Positions 1-12,974 of a stretch of DNA of 64,000 bases are shown one piece after another. The notes below the pieces were generated by a model. The model ran no database searches. It was not told the DNA's origin and saw only the letters and a program-made list of their open reading frames with translations. Every line of letters starts with the position of its first letter. Position 1 is the first letter of the stretch. Source of the DNA: Torpedo marmorata (Eukaryota); contig OZ360245.1 in NCBI GenBank assembly GCA_977017645.1, forward strand, positions 37,820,001-37,884,000. The letters run 5' to 3'. Made by a program: the position numbers and the translations under genes.

Positions 1-780
1 CCTTTGGCACCCACAGTCACCCTTGCATGAGGCCCTGCCCGTACGCAAGACATCACCACTATGTCCAGAACCACCTCAGAAAGTAATGTTGGCGGCATGG
101 ATGCTTAACAGGTAACCTTAGAGCAGAGAGGGTTGTGGGCTGTGAGTGCAGAACCATCAAGGAAAATCTCAGCCCATTCTTTCGTTTGCTTTTCCACCAC
201 TGAAATCTAAGCCGGAGGATTGGTTCAGTAAATGATTTGCCGTGATATATGGGTTCCGCATTGCAGCCAGAGAGTGACAGTCCTGCCAGTTTATATTGAG
301 ATTATTTTGACTCGTAAACAAATGTCACAATAAATTATTCCCTGCCAATAGGTACACAATTGAAGCTGTGAAAGAGTCAACCGCTTGATTGCATGACTTG
401 ATTATAAAAAGAGATTGTATAGGACAAGTATTAGTCATAGAAAGGAAATCAATGAAAATGGAAATAGACATCTGCATTATGCCCGTATAATTGTTGAATT
501 ACAGAAGAGTTATTCAAATGATTTTTGTACGTGGTCTTTCTGGCGTTTCAGAGTCAATGCAGAAAAAAAAAATCAACAACTTACATTTATATTGGCTGTT
601 TAATGAGGCAGAAACCTGCAAAGATGTTTCACAGGAGAAATTATCAAAGGAAACTACACAAAGAAATGTGAGAGAAGATGACAAAAGCTTGGTCAAAGTG
701 AAATGTTTCGGAGAGCTTTTCCATGGAGAAAAGAGATGAAGAGATTGTGGGAGGGGGCTACAGATCTCAAAGTCTTTGCA

Positions 781-1205
781 ATAGTTGGCATAGCGCAGGG
801 GTGGCCAACCTTTTAATTTTTAATTTAGACATACAGCACAGTAACAGGCCATTTCGGCCCACGAGTCCATGCCGCCCAATTAACCTCCACCCCCGGTACG
901 GACTCGTGGGCCGAAATGGCCTGTTACCGTGCTGTATGTCTAAATTAAAAATTAAAAGTTTGGCCACCCCTGGCCGTAGCCTTTACAGCGCCAGCGATCG
1001 GGACCGGGGTTCGAATCGCGCGCTGACTGTAAGGAGTTTGTACGTTCTCCCCGTGTCTGCTTGGGTTTTCCCCGGGGGCTCCAGTTTCCTCCCACCACTC
1101 AAAACGTACCGGGGGTGTAGGTTAATTGGGTGTAAATTAGGCAGCACAGACTCGTGGGCCAAAATAGCCTGTTACCATGCTGTATGTCTAAAAAGAAACT
1201 AAAAT
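781..1205 (+). mobile_element. tRNA-derived V-SINE/HE1-like SINE, head interrupted by a foldback insert
   Basis: Head remnant (GTTGGCATAGCG) before the insert. After it: B-box GGTTCGAATC, V-like core (AGGAGTTTGTACGTTCTCCCCGTGTCTGC) and CR1-like tail. Matches other copies in the window. Confidence 0.85.
796..972. mobile_element. Foldback MITE-like element: hAT-type termini enclosing two inverted SINE tails
   Basis: 73-bp arms 796-868 and 900-972 are reverse complements with 2 mismatches. Ends are CAGGGGTGGCCAA...TTGGCCACCCCTG. Confidence 0.75.
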
Positions 1206-1369
1206 AGTGATTGTGGATGGTTTAAATTCTCAAATAATCAAGAGGTCAGAAGCCGAGTCGCACAGATATCTTGGAATGTTGTTTGCTAAAGGAGATGGAG
1301 AATACAAGTATCATGACCACGAAGGAATTTGCAGATAATGATGAGAATTTTAACAGCAAAGTGTTGCTT

Positions 1370-1513
1370 CATACCTTGAAGGAGGGCTCCGGCCCAAAAT
1401 GTCGGTTATATATCTTTAACTTGTATGGACGCTGCGAGACATGCTGAGTTCCTCCAGCATTTCTCTGTTTTTACTACAATCACAGCATCTGCAGACTTTG
1501 GTATTTCACTCCT
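1370..1513 (+). mobile_element. Solo Penelope terminal-repeat (pLTR) mini-insertion with hammerhead-like motif
   Basis: Homologous to the termini of the Penelope copies at ~22560-22670 and ~52490-52629. Flanked by direct repeat TGTTGCTT (1362-1369, 1514-1521). Confidence 0.75.
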
Positions 1514-4500
1514 TGTTGCTTAATTGAAAGTCAGTGTTGATCAATAATAAGGGGTTGTAGGGAAACTAGACACTTTTTGCAATGTAGGGCAAGGACAGCA
1601 GAGTTTTGGATGACCTTGGGTTTCCTAACAGTAGAACGAAGAAGCATTGTCAGGAGTCCGTTTGGGTTCATCATATCCTGAGGTAACTCAGTTTTAGTAG
1701 CAAATCAACAGAGGCAGGTCCAAAAGTGTGCCTTGTTACACAGGTAATAAGAGGTCATAGTGATAACATTGGATATCATAGCATGCAACTTGCAGCTCAC
1801 TGGGTTGTTGATCATTAAATTTGCTTGAAGCTGCCTGTCTATATGGAATAAGCCCTTAGTAGAGATAGGTTGCCTGGTGCTCTCTAAAAGGAAGATATAA
1901 AAACACTGAGTGGCTTTTGTTTTGATTAAAAATGACAACTTATGGGAAATTGGAGCTAATGTTGCTGGTTACACCAAGAAATCTCATGGGACCAAATTAG
2001 TTCCATCACGTGACTGGTCAAAGGCTGACTAGACAAAGTAATAATGGTTTTAAATTTAGCCCATTTAAGACTAAATGAACATCGTGCAGAATATTTAACA
2101 AGAACGTAGGCTAATTATTGGTTTGCATCTCTTAATACTAATAGTTATAGCAATCTATGTTACATGTCTACTTTATCATGGTGATAATTCACGGGAAGTT
2201 TAGTTCTCACTACAGAAAGGAAGTGAAATTAATAGCTACAAAGCTTGAGAGATTTATGTGATTGATTAAGCTACAACAGAACAAGTCTGCAATAAAAAGC
2301 AGCAGCAAAATTGGTAATTATCATGGAATCAAATGATTATGCGGACCACAGTTTCACTGACAAGTGAATTATCCCACATTCTTCATATATTATGGCCACT
2401 AAAATGCATTATTCAATAATTAACAGTTGGGAGACATAAATTATAGAGTGCAACAATTCATCCATATCATTCAGCAATCTTTTTAAAAGTTCCAAACTGC
2501 TACACAATACGTGTACACAAAACTCAATTTTATTTCTTCAAATACTGCACTGGTCTGGAATATAATTCAAAGGAAAATCCACAAAATGACTGATCAGGTT
2601 CCAAATCCCTGAAGAAGAGAAATCTCTGGAAGTCCATTCCTTATTTGGAACACCTTAATTAAAGTGTTAAAGGTATGAAGTATTGATGTCTTTCCCTGGC
2701 CTTCCCTCAAGGTAATGTCTTGTACTTGTTCGGCCCTGAAGTATAGTTGCACTAACTGAAAAAGCCCCACTAAGACCAATTAAGACCTTTACTAAGAGGC
2801 TCAGAGGAAGACAAATAGAGGTAGAAAGCCCGATTACAAGGAACCTTTGTACAGATGTAAAGCAATTAGAAGAGTCTCTAGGGCCAGACAGAGTGGTACC
2901 TGCAAGTAATGGATCCTGCAGCTTGTCTAAACTTGGAACAATTCCTCTTTTTTTATGTGTTATGGGGATAAATGCAGCCTGGTAATAGTATCATGTAACA
3001 GTTGATAGTAGAGTATAGCTTTCCCAGGCCTACTGGAGTAGCACTAGTTTCCTGAGTCCATCAGATTTGATCTACTCAATGCTATATATCTGGCAGATTT
3101 TTACTTGCCTTAATTAAGTTCAACGAGAAATGGATGAATGCACAGCCAAAAATGACTTACTCTTTAAATGGCATGTTTGTTGATCTGTATTCTTGCAAAT
3201 CTTTCAGCAATTCCTGAACCAAAGAACAGTGGCAGTCCTCATTTCACAAAACCAAAATAAACTGAGATTACTAAAAGGGATACAAAACCTTTTGTGAAGA
3301 GGATTGAAAAATAATTAACACATCAAAGAGATTGTCTGCATTAGCAGGTTTCAAAACTGGGAGTGAACAATTAAAAGAAAACTTAACAAAAGAGTTAACT
3401 CTAATATCCCCAGTATATTTTGATATCATATGTTTAGCTCTTGTTCCATTTTATACATGTGCAGATTTTATGACTTTGGAAGAATTGTTCAAATACAGTC
3501 ACATAAGGAAGTTCATTTAACACTTGAAAATAAATACGTAAAAAAAGAAATATCCACTTATGAAGCTCCTTTGTGCACCTTAGAAATATTGCAGTGTTTC
3601 AATCGATGAACTTTGATGCCTCCAGCTACACAGATTAATGTATCAACCATTTTACACAAAGCAAGGTTCCACCAGAGAGTCGTTGATTTATTATGGTACA
3701 GAAAGGGACCTCTGGCCTATTGATGGCACCAAGCGGAGCAGTCTTCTGAGTCCTGTTCCCTTGCTCTTTCCCTCAATCCTAGGATATTTTTAAATCTATC
3801 CAAGAGGGAAATTGGCATCTTGGTTTATTGTGAGTCAGTGCTGTGAGCTGTGCACCACTTCTGTGTCATATAGAAATATCTTGATTGAGTCATCGAGTTT
3901 CTGGATCAGACCTCCAAATCACAATGTTCACATTCAGAGATGCAAGGTATGGCAGCTGATGTCTGCTCAGGCTTATTGAAGGTAAGAGAAGTTCATGATG
4001 AAGTTGGAGTGTGGGGAAGACTAAAATATGTTATCATTTGTAAGTTCTATGCTTTAAAACTAATGCCTAGAAGTTCATCCTTGATGAGCAGTGCTAAACT
4101 AGTAGTGGTTGTGTGTGTTTGCTCTGCATTTGAGATTCGTCCATGTTGAAGCCGAGGTGTTGGGTGCTACTGACGAAGACTTTACTTTTCCATATACTGA
4201 TTAAAAGGCAACTAAATTATCCTCTAATTCTGCTGGATAACATGGGGAAACTCTGAGTAAATAGAGAAACTATAAAGTTGTTATAAAAGGTTTTGACTCG
4301 AAACATTGACTTACCATAGATGTTGTCTGACCTGCTGAGTTCCTTCAGCAATTCTTTCTTTGCTCCAGGGAACTGTGCATCTGGATTTACACATTATTTA
4401 ACATTTTGAACATACTTACCTTGTCAGTTATATTAATACCCATTTATAGTAATCATTTATTCACAATGACAAAAATCTACTTTCCAAAACCGTAACCCAT

Positions 4501-6044
4501 AAGATCCTATTGTGATGATAAGATTCTATTATATTGATTTTTGAAACTCTTGCTTGCTTTGTTAGCTTCCTGCTCCTTACGAAACCCCATGCATTGGAGT
4601 TTGTGGCATCATCGTTGTGTGAAAATAATATACAAATTCAAATAGACAAAGGGTTGAGCAATGCTACTTGGTAGTCAAGAGTACTTTAAACACTTGAACA
4701 CACCAAGAATGAATATTTTAGGGCAGGAGCATGAATCAAACACAAATCTTTGATAATAGGTCAAAATAATTGCAGAGCATGACATAATAGTTTTATCTAA
4801 GGGGATATGATGGAAAGAGATGAAGCTCAACAAAATTGTTGGACAATTTAAACCAAATATGCTGTTCCATACATGTAACCATGTCTAACCTTTCCTGTAT
4901 TCACAAGTATCCTGGACAATTGTTCTGTGTATAGTTCAAACCAATTAAGTTCTATAAGAAGCTAATTTACTGCTCGCTAATGAAATAAAATAACCTCACA
5001 TCCTCAGGGTGTTGGAAAGTGCTTCATAGCCAAACAGAAATGTGAGAATATACAGAAATTCTTTATCTTAGTTATTGGCCAGCAGATTCTTCTGACTTTC
5101 TTTGAATAGAACCAAAGAATGGTACTGAAAAAATTTCCTGTGACTGAAGATTGAAGCTTAGTTTAACATCTCCTTCAAATCCCTGACATGTAGATGGAGG
5201 AGGGCTTGAATTCATGATGATCTGACTCAAGTGTGAGTGCTTCCAACTGATCCATAGCTAACTTAGTGATATGCCAGTTGGTGAAGTATCAAGAAGAAAC
5301 TTTCCATGACGTTGGTACCATTGAGACAAGTTAGACTAGAATAGTTCACTTGGCAGTCCATAAAGGATGAAAAAATGGCTAGCAGGAGAATCATGATCTT
5401 CTCGACCAAGAAACATAAACTCCTCTGGGACCACCAAAATATCTGTTTGCACTATTAAAGTGTCATTTTTTTTATCTTGCACTAACTGCAACTGTGAATA
5501 TTTATCTGTCTATCATTTTATATTAATTATCTCTTTTCAGTGTTGGCATATTGTAGTAATTTAATGTTTACTACCGTAGTTGGTGTATCTTACATACCTG
5601 ATTGGCTGCAACAAGAAAGAATTTTGGTGTATCTGTACATTGTACTTATGTACATGAAAATAAACTCTCATTACTCGTTAACATCCCAATGGGATTTAAT
5701 TCTGAGGGACACATGATCCTGAACAAGAACAGGTGATGGCAAGGGAGGCCAAGTGTATACTCATGGGAAACATGATATTCCTATTGATCTTTTGCCATTC
5801 TGTTTTAGTTTAATTTTATCTTTCATGCTTGTGGGTAACTCCCCTGACTTGAGTCTTTTCCAACCTTGAGATCAGTAACCAATAATAGAGCCAGGATCAA
5901 AAATACAGCAACCTTTGTAATTGTTTGTTAGCCACTTGAATTCATTTTCACAGGATATCCTCATGGCTTTCAAAAGTTTCAAAACAACACATCACGTTTT
6001 ACATTTAAAATATTAAGTGTGGTAATTAAGATATTCACAAATAT

Positions 6045-6310
6045 GGGCGTCACGGTTGGCGTAGCGGTTAGCGCACCGCCTTTACAGCGCCAGCGATCGG
6101 GACCGGGGTTCAAATCCCGCGCTGTCTGTAAGGAGTTTGTATGTTCTCCCCGTGCCTGCGTGTGTTTTCCCCGGGGGCTCTGGTTTCCTCCCACCGTTCG
6201 AAGCGTACCGGGGGTTGTAGGTTAATTGGGTGTAAATTGGGCGGCACGGACTCGTGGGCCGAAAGGGCCTGTTACCGTGCTGTATGTCTAAATTTTAAAA
6301 AAAATTATAA
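6045..6310 (+). mobile_element. Full-length V-SINE/HE1-like SINE
   Basis: A-box-like TGGCGTAGCGG, B-box GGTTCAAATCC, V core, CR1-like tail, AT-rich end; CpGs retained. Confidence 0.9.
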
Positions 6311-6437
6311 AAAAATACTCTAATACATTTCTGTATTTACAAAAGAGATCAGCTGTAGAGGCAAAATACATTAAACTCGTTCTCTCTGTACCACTATTAG
6401 AGGACAGTCAAAGAAGATTCGGCTAGATAAACATTTT

Positions 6438-6533
6438 AATTTAGACATAATTTAACGGTAACAGGCCATTCCAGCCCACAAGCCTGTGCCGCCCAAATAC
6501 CCCAATTAACCTGCAACCCCCATACGTTTTGAA
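6438..6533 (-). mobile_element. 5'-truncated SINE tail
   Basis: Reverse complement of the SINE 3' half (ATTTAGACAT...CCCAATTAACCTGCAACCCCC). Confidence 0.75.
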
Positions 6534-7194
6534 GATGTATGTAGTCCTGAAAATGATAATGAACACGAGCGGGTAACTATTCTGAATGATGACTTCCTTG
6601 AGTTTCTCACTGGAAAAGATATGAACAGCATCCAGTCCCTTAAAAAAGTGCCATGGCAAAATGTAAGACTATTGCAAATAAGATGAAAGTCCTGGACAAA
6701 TTGAAGTGTCTTAATATAAATAAATCCTCAAGGATGATTTATATTTATTCACTGTTGAAGAGGCACTGCCAATCATTGTGAGGTAATCAATTGACAGGAG
6801 GAGCAGAGATATGGATTGATAAATGACTAAAGAGGTTCCATGAAAATAAGTGGTAAAATAGGCACAGATGACTGCAAATCCAATAATTTTCCTTCAATTC
6901 TATCATAATATAATTGATTGGGGATTGAGGAAGATTGGGATTATCTATACATCAATTGAGTAATTGCCATCATTGTAATCTTGAGAAGGATTTACCGGTA
7001 GTTGGTGTATCAACTATCTCTTTTTGCCTGAGGAAGTGACAAATTACATTGAGTGTGATAAATTACATAATGTCATGCATTTATTTTTTAAATGGACATT
7101 CAGTAAAGTTCACTCTAAAGATTACAAATTAAGAGCTATGAAGGTTAAAACTGAACTTGGGCAAGAATAAAAAAATCTGGCTGATTTTAGATTT

Positions 7195-7439
7195 TTAAAA
7201 ATTAAATTTAGACATACAGCACGGTCACAGGCCATTTTGGCCCCAAATTTACACCCAATTAACCTACACCCCCAGTACGTTTCGAACCGTGGGAGGAAAT
7301 CGGAGCCCCCGGGAAAAACCCACGCAGACACGGGGAGAACGTACAAACTCCTTACAGACAGCGTGGGATTCGAAACCTAATCCCGATCGCTGCCACTGTA
7401 AAGGTGTAGTGCGAACCGCTACGCCAACCGTGCCGCCCC
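7195..7439 (-). mobile_element. Full-length V-SINE/HE1-like SINE
   Basis: Reverse complement of the 6045 copy, including the head GGGGCGGCACGGTTGGCGTAGCGG. Confidence 0.9.
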
Positions 7440-7987
7440 TGATGATTGGAATATAATTAATATTTGTTATAGGTTATGACTAGCGTGCCTCGCAGTCTCT
7501 TAATGTTTAAACTAGTATATTATCGTATTTTCAAAAAAGGGAAGAAATGGTGTCAATATTCAAAAATAATTTTCTGAGCAAATTACACTTTCTGTACTGG
7601 TTTACCAATATCTGGATTAATTTGTTAAAGCTTACAGTTTCAACCAATCTTGTTATGTATGTGGAGAACTTGGATGATTTGTTTTAAACATAAAACTATA
7701 GATTCTGAATTGATTGAGAGGGAAGACTACCAAGCAAAACATTCATTTCCGATCCATGAGAAATAAAGATAAAGACAACATTGTTTTGAAAGATTGTCAT
7801 AAAAGACACAAAAATGAATGGCGTTTCTTTGACGATGTCAGAATTTGAGATGATGGTGCAGATGGATGAAAGGTCATATAATTAAAAAGAGAAATACAAG
7901 AGGTCATGGTTCACATGGCAACCAGAAAACCAGACTGTTGCAGAAAGAATTTCAGGAAACAAGAAACAAATTCAAATGAAAGTACTT

Positions 7988-8585
7988 TTAGATTTCAGAT
8001 TTCCAATTTATTGTCAGAGTACACACATGGCATCACATACAACCCTGAGATTCTTTTTCCTGTGGGCGCAGCAGAATTACCACTAATTGGTAGTGCAAAA
8101 AAAAACTGTACACAGCGTATACATGTAAAAAATAAAGAACTGTAAACAGATAACGAATGTAAACAAACTGACTGTGCAATACAGAGAGAATAAAAAAGAA
8201 AATCAATAAAGTGCACAAGTAAGAGTCCTTAAATGAGTCTCTGATTGAGTTTGTCGTTGAGGAGTCTGATGGTGGAGGGGTAGCAGCTGTTCCTTAACCT
8301 GGTGGTGCGAGTCTTGTGGCACCTATACCTCTTTCTTGATGGCAGCAGCGAGAGCAGAGCGTGTGCTGGGTGGTGTGGGTCTTTGATGATTGTTGCTGCT
8401 CTCCGACGGCAGCATTCCCTGTAGATGTTCTCAATAGTGGGGAAGGTTTTGCCTGTGATGTCCTGGGCTGTGTCCACTACCTTTCGGAGGGCTTTACATT
8501 CAGGGGTATTGGTGTTCCCATACCAGACTGTGATGCAGCTGGTCAGCACACTTTCCACCACACCTCTGTAGAAATTTGCCAGGGT
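7988..8585 (-). mobile_element. 5'-truncated Rex1/Babar-like LINE (ORF2 C-terminus and 3' UTR)
   Basis: ORF 8229-8561 (ESVLTSCITVWYG...IIKDPHHPAHALLSLLPSRKRYR...IRLLN) is the typical Rex1-type C-terminus. Tail ends GACAATAAA plus short repeats. Confidence 0.85.
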
Positions 8586-8599
8586 TCATTGACATCCCA

Positions 8600-8985
8600 T
8601 CAGTCAGTCATTCATTCTCTCCAGCACCATTTCCCTGTGGCTGTGGTGTGTGCCATCTAAACATGCACTGCAGTTAATTGCCTCAGCTATTCTGACGGCA
8701 TTTCCCAAACCCATGATCTCCAACACAAAGAGGGACAGGAGATTGGAAACAACTGTCTGCAGGTATCCCTCCAAGTCACACACCAGCCTCACATGGAAAT
8801 ATATTCCAATTCCTTCCTTGTCACTGCATTTAGATCTTGGAATTCCCTGTCTCACAGCATGGTGGGATGAGCTGCACCAGATGGAGTGATGGGGTTCAAC
8901 AAAACAACTTAGCACCATCTTCTCATGGGAAGTTCTAGATGGCCAATAAATTTGGGCCTTGCCCGCAATACCCACATCCCCAAGA
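8600..8985 (+). mobile_element. Old LINE 3' end (RTE-X-like, tentative)
   Basis: CCCTCCAAGTCACACACCAGCCT...GGCCAATAAATTTGGGCCTTGCC resembles an abundant elasmobranch LINE tail; a similar degraded tail lies at 37700-37910. Confidence 0.5.
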
Positions 8986-9904
8986 AGGTATAAATAAAGA
9001 AAAATACAAACTGCTTCGGCATTGCTCCCCACACTGCATATTGGGTCTTAAAAGATGGCCAAAATTTAGTTTGGGAAGGGAAGGTCTTAAATGTTTGGCC
9101 TCTGTCACTATTTTACCTAAACTAACAAAAAGCAAATGCCTGGGGTGAGAGGGTGAATAAAACAATTGGAAAGGATTTGAAGCTAAGGAAGCAAGGATAA
9201 AAGAATAACGTTCTGTATCATTCATCCTAATAATGTCATGTGAATATGGTGAGGAACAATAAAAGGTGAGTGTTGATTACATAAGTGTCAGTGAATGAAT
9301 TTGAAGTGTTTGTAAATAAGGAGATATTAGACAAACCGAGAACCTGTGATAGGAAGAGACAAGTAGGCAGCAAAATTTCAGGGCTATATATACCGTATAT
9401 ACTTTGGAAGGAAAAAGGGTGGGAAGAGAAGCTTTATACAATGCTGCAGGGAATGAACTAGGAATTTGCACAGTCCATCTGCAGAGATGTTAGTGTCTTG
9501 AAGATATTTAGGTACTCAGTTAGAATTCGGACCTCATTTGTAATCCTGGGGATCTTCAATCATCTTGATTCAGAGAGGGATTCTCTGTGAGCAGAGGTCT
9601 GCGGGCATGAGGGAGTTTATTTAAATATTTTAAGAATCTTCCATTAAACAGCAGTTTAGTAAACCCACAAGAGGAAAGTCAATATTATATCCTAACTTCT
9701 GATAGGCCACATTGAAATAAGAGAACTTTTAGGTCAGTGATCATAAAGTTACAAAGATTAAGATTGAAATTAGGGCAGAATACATCGTGAAAACTATTTA
9801 AAATACAGTTCGGAGGCTCAGAGGAACTGAAACTTTGTGGAAAAGGAATAAAAACAAGGTACTAAGAAAGGAAGCAACTGTGAACAAGGCACTTCAATGT
9901 CTCT

Positions 9905-10470
9905 ACTTTTGAAGGTCTGAGGAGATCTGTCATATCGTCGAATACTCTATCAAACTTTTACAGGTGTACTGCGGAAAGTGTACTGACTAAAACTTGAGAA
10001 GGCTGCAGAAAGTGGCAAACCCAGTCACAACCAAGAATTCGCATCCATTGAAGACATCTATGTGAGTTGCTGCCTCAAGAAGGCAGCCAACATCATACAG
10101 GATCCCAATCACCCTGTCTCGACCTTTCGCTACTCCCTACAGAAGCCTGAAGTCCAGCAGCTCTAGATTCAAGAACAGTTTTTTTTCCAACAGCTCTCAG
10201 GCTCTTGAACCTCCCCATATTCGTCTAACCGAAACCAAAATCTACTCCAGGATCACCAAAAGATCGCTCTGCACCATTGAAAGGTCACTATTTTTCTTGG
10301 ACTAATTGCAACTGTGAATATATACTTATCCATCCTTTTATATTTATTATTTCATTTTCTGGCTTGACATATTGTGGCAATGTAATTTTTACACTAGTGG
10401 CTGCAGCAAAAATTTCAGTGCATCTGTACATTTTACTCATGTCTATGACAATAAACTTGCTCATAATCAC
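9905..10470 (+). mobile_element. Degraded Rex1/Babar-like LINE 3' fragment
   Basis: Remnants read IEDIY..CCLKKAANIIQDPNHP and RFKNSFFP; tail ATGACAATAAACT. Confidence 0.7.
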
Positions 10471-11131
10471 AATTTAAAAAAAACTTTTATGGAGAAAGCT
10501 TGGGTGAGTTTTCATCTGACCTGAAACACTGACTCTATATCTCTCTAAATAAATGCTGTGTGATTTGCTGACCATTACATGAATTATGTATTTTCACTTT
10601 TTAGTTTTAAATACTTTTTCCTTTAGGTTTGTAGCTGAAATCAGTTGAGAACCAAGCAGGAGAAAGAAATCCTGACACACACCAGGATTTGTATATCAAG
10701 TTTTCTCCCCAGTCTCCCAAATAGGGAGAAAATAAAACCAGATAGCACAAAATGATGAAAATGGATGCGGGATATGAAAGGAAAAGTAGAGGAAAGTGAA
10801 AAGAAAAATGACAGAGAAGCCTTGAACACATCAAGAGAAAGGGAAGAGTGCAGAAGGATATGCACTTGTTATCCACCTTCTGGAAGTGATGTCTGAGGTG
10901 GCAGAATTTATAAATCAATAAACTCTACATGGTGTTGTTCACAGTGAATCAGACAACATAGCCTATCATTTCCTTGTCCTTGATGTCTTTGTGTTACTGA
11001 CGTCTGTTGAACTACTTCTGTTTCTGCCTGACTTCCTCACCAGCTGCTTTCATGCTACATTTTTTTCATCTGCCTTTTCACTTTGGGTGGGAAGGGAAGA
11101 CACAAAGGCTTCATAATACATTCTAGGTAAG

Positions 11132-11231
11132 TGTCAGCAGAGAACATAACATTCTGGATAGGAGTCAGCAGAGAACGTAATATCCTGGAGTCAGCAGAGA
11201 ATGTAACATTCTGGATAGGTCTTAGCAGGGA
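11132..11231. repeat. Short imperfect tandem repeat (~26-31 bp, ~3 copies)
   Basis: Repeated GTCAGCAGAGAA(C/T)(A/G)TAA(C/T)AT(T/C)CTGGA. Confidence 0.8.
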
Positions 11232-12099
11232 ATAGAGAATTAAGAACCATGCCTTCTCACCCCACCCCTACCCCATATGACCTTTTATTCTTTCCTTGTA
11301 TCCATATGGTTCCTACTGTTTACACTACCTCCTCTTTTCCCTGCAGAACGCATCACTCTTTCCATCATCTATCTTCTCCTTGGAACTGCCTATGTAGTCC
11401 TTATAAACCCCCGTCCATTGCTCTCAGCGACTCACCACGCCCATAGTTTTTCATCTACTCCTAATCCCACTCATCTCATAAAGGATAGATGTACCTCCAT
11501 CTCAAATAACTCATCCCCCCCCCCCCCCCCCCACACACACCTACTTTTCATGCCCCTTTGTTAGTTTTCCTACAAATCCTTTTGGTTGCATTCTTGTTCG
11601 GTTATATACTTTTTCAACAAAGCACATTGGGATTGAAGAGGTAACATGCTGCCTGCTTAACTTGCTCCTATACCTTTTCATGATGAGAGAAATGTGACTC
11701 TCTTGCAGGTGTATACCATTAACAGTGTTCTTCTTTGTCAACAAAACACAAATGAGGTAAATAGTTGGGCTCAAATTTTGACTGGCAATTTTTTTGAAAA
11801 TCAAACTCTTATTACATAAAGTAATTCCCTCTAACTCTCATCTACCTCAAGTTCTAGTGCCCCCTGTCTCGCCATTGTTATTACGGTATCATTCATTTGG
11901 GGCTCAGTCTAATTCAACACTGTTAACATTTCCATTTCATGTATTTTTCTCAGCAATAATAATGGAATAGGTCACAAATATGAATACTTCAGAATCCATT
12001 AAGCTCAGTTTCAGGCTGCTGAGACTCAAAATACAGGCTTGCCAAATCCAGTTGTGGGTCCTTGTGCATTCATCGCTCTGCCTCGCACTTGCAGCCATT

Positions 12100-12880
12100 G
12101 TACAGGACACTGGGGAGACTTCACCACTGTTCAGTTTTGGTCTCCACAATTATGAAAGAAAACACTTGCACTGCAGGTAGATCAGAGAAGTTCAAGAGTT
12201 TGATTGCTGGGATTTAGAGCTGTTTTATGAGGAGCAATTGAATACATTGGAGTTTAGATGAGTGAAGGGAAATCTTATTCAAACATATACGATTTTGAGG
12301 GGACTCGACAGGAGAAACATTGGGAGACTGTTTCTTCTCACCGTGGGATCTCGAACAGGAGAACAAGGGCCCCAAGATTTGATCAGCATGTAATTCAATA
12401 TTCTACAACTCAAATATCACCTGGAGCAAAGGAGACTGAGGGGTTATCTAATAGAAGTTTATAAGATTGTGAGAGGCATGGATAGGATAGATAGTCAAAA
12501 TATTTTTTTCAATGACAAAGATATCAAAAACAAGAAGAGATAGGTTTAAGGGAAGATTTCAATGAATTTCTAAGGGAATCTCAGGGTATGTTTTTTATGC
12601 AGAGTCACTGATATCTGGAATGTGCTGTCAGAGGAGGTGAATGTATGAGAGTTTATTATCATGTACAGAAGTACAATGAACAGATGGAATGAAAGTCTTG
12701 TGTGCTATAGCTTTCTAGCAACGTGAAACACACTAACAGCAATTTGAGTATTCAGGTGGTGCAATCAGATACAGTAACTGCGTTTAACAAGTATTCAGAC
12801 AGTTAAATAAGCAAGGCATAGAAAGATGCGGTGTTAGTGTGAGCAAATGGGATTAGTGATGGGTAAAAAGGCAAGGGCGT
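12100..12880 (+). mobile_element. Degraded CR1 LINE 3' fragments
   Basis: Remnants read VQFWSP and LRGxLIEVYKIVRGMDRID. Confidence 0.65.
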
Positions 12881-12928
12881 GGTGTACGACTCGGACATCA
12901 CAACACTGCAGTCTCCAGGTTAACAGCC

Positions 12929-12930
12929 GT

Positions 12931-12974
<44 letters not shown>
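12929..12974. repeat. Compound (GT)n(GA)n microsatellite
   Basis: Seen directly. Confidence 0.95.

Noticed and set aside
1-111. Possible plus-strand exon ending CAG|GTAACC
   Set aside because: Truncated by the window edge, with no recognisable peptide or partner exon.
723-1202. 159-aa ORF and similar ORFs over SINE copies
   Set aside because: Chance read-through of SINE and foldback sequence; the same peptide recurs at every SINE.
6045-6120. tRNA gene
   Set aside because: The A/B boxes belong to SINE heads that continue into the V core and tail.
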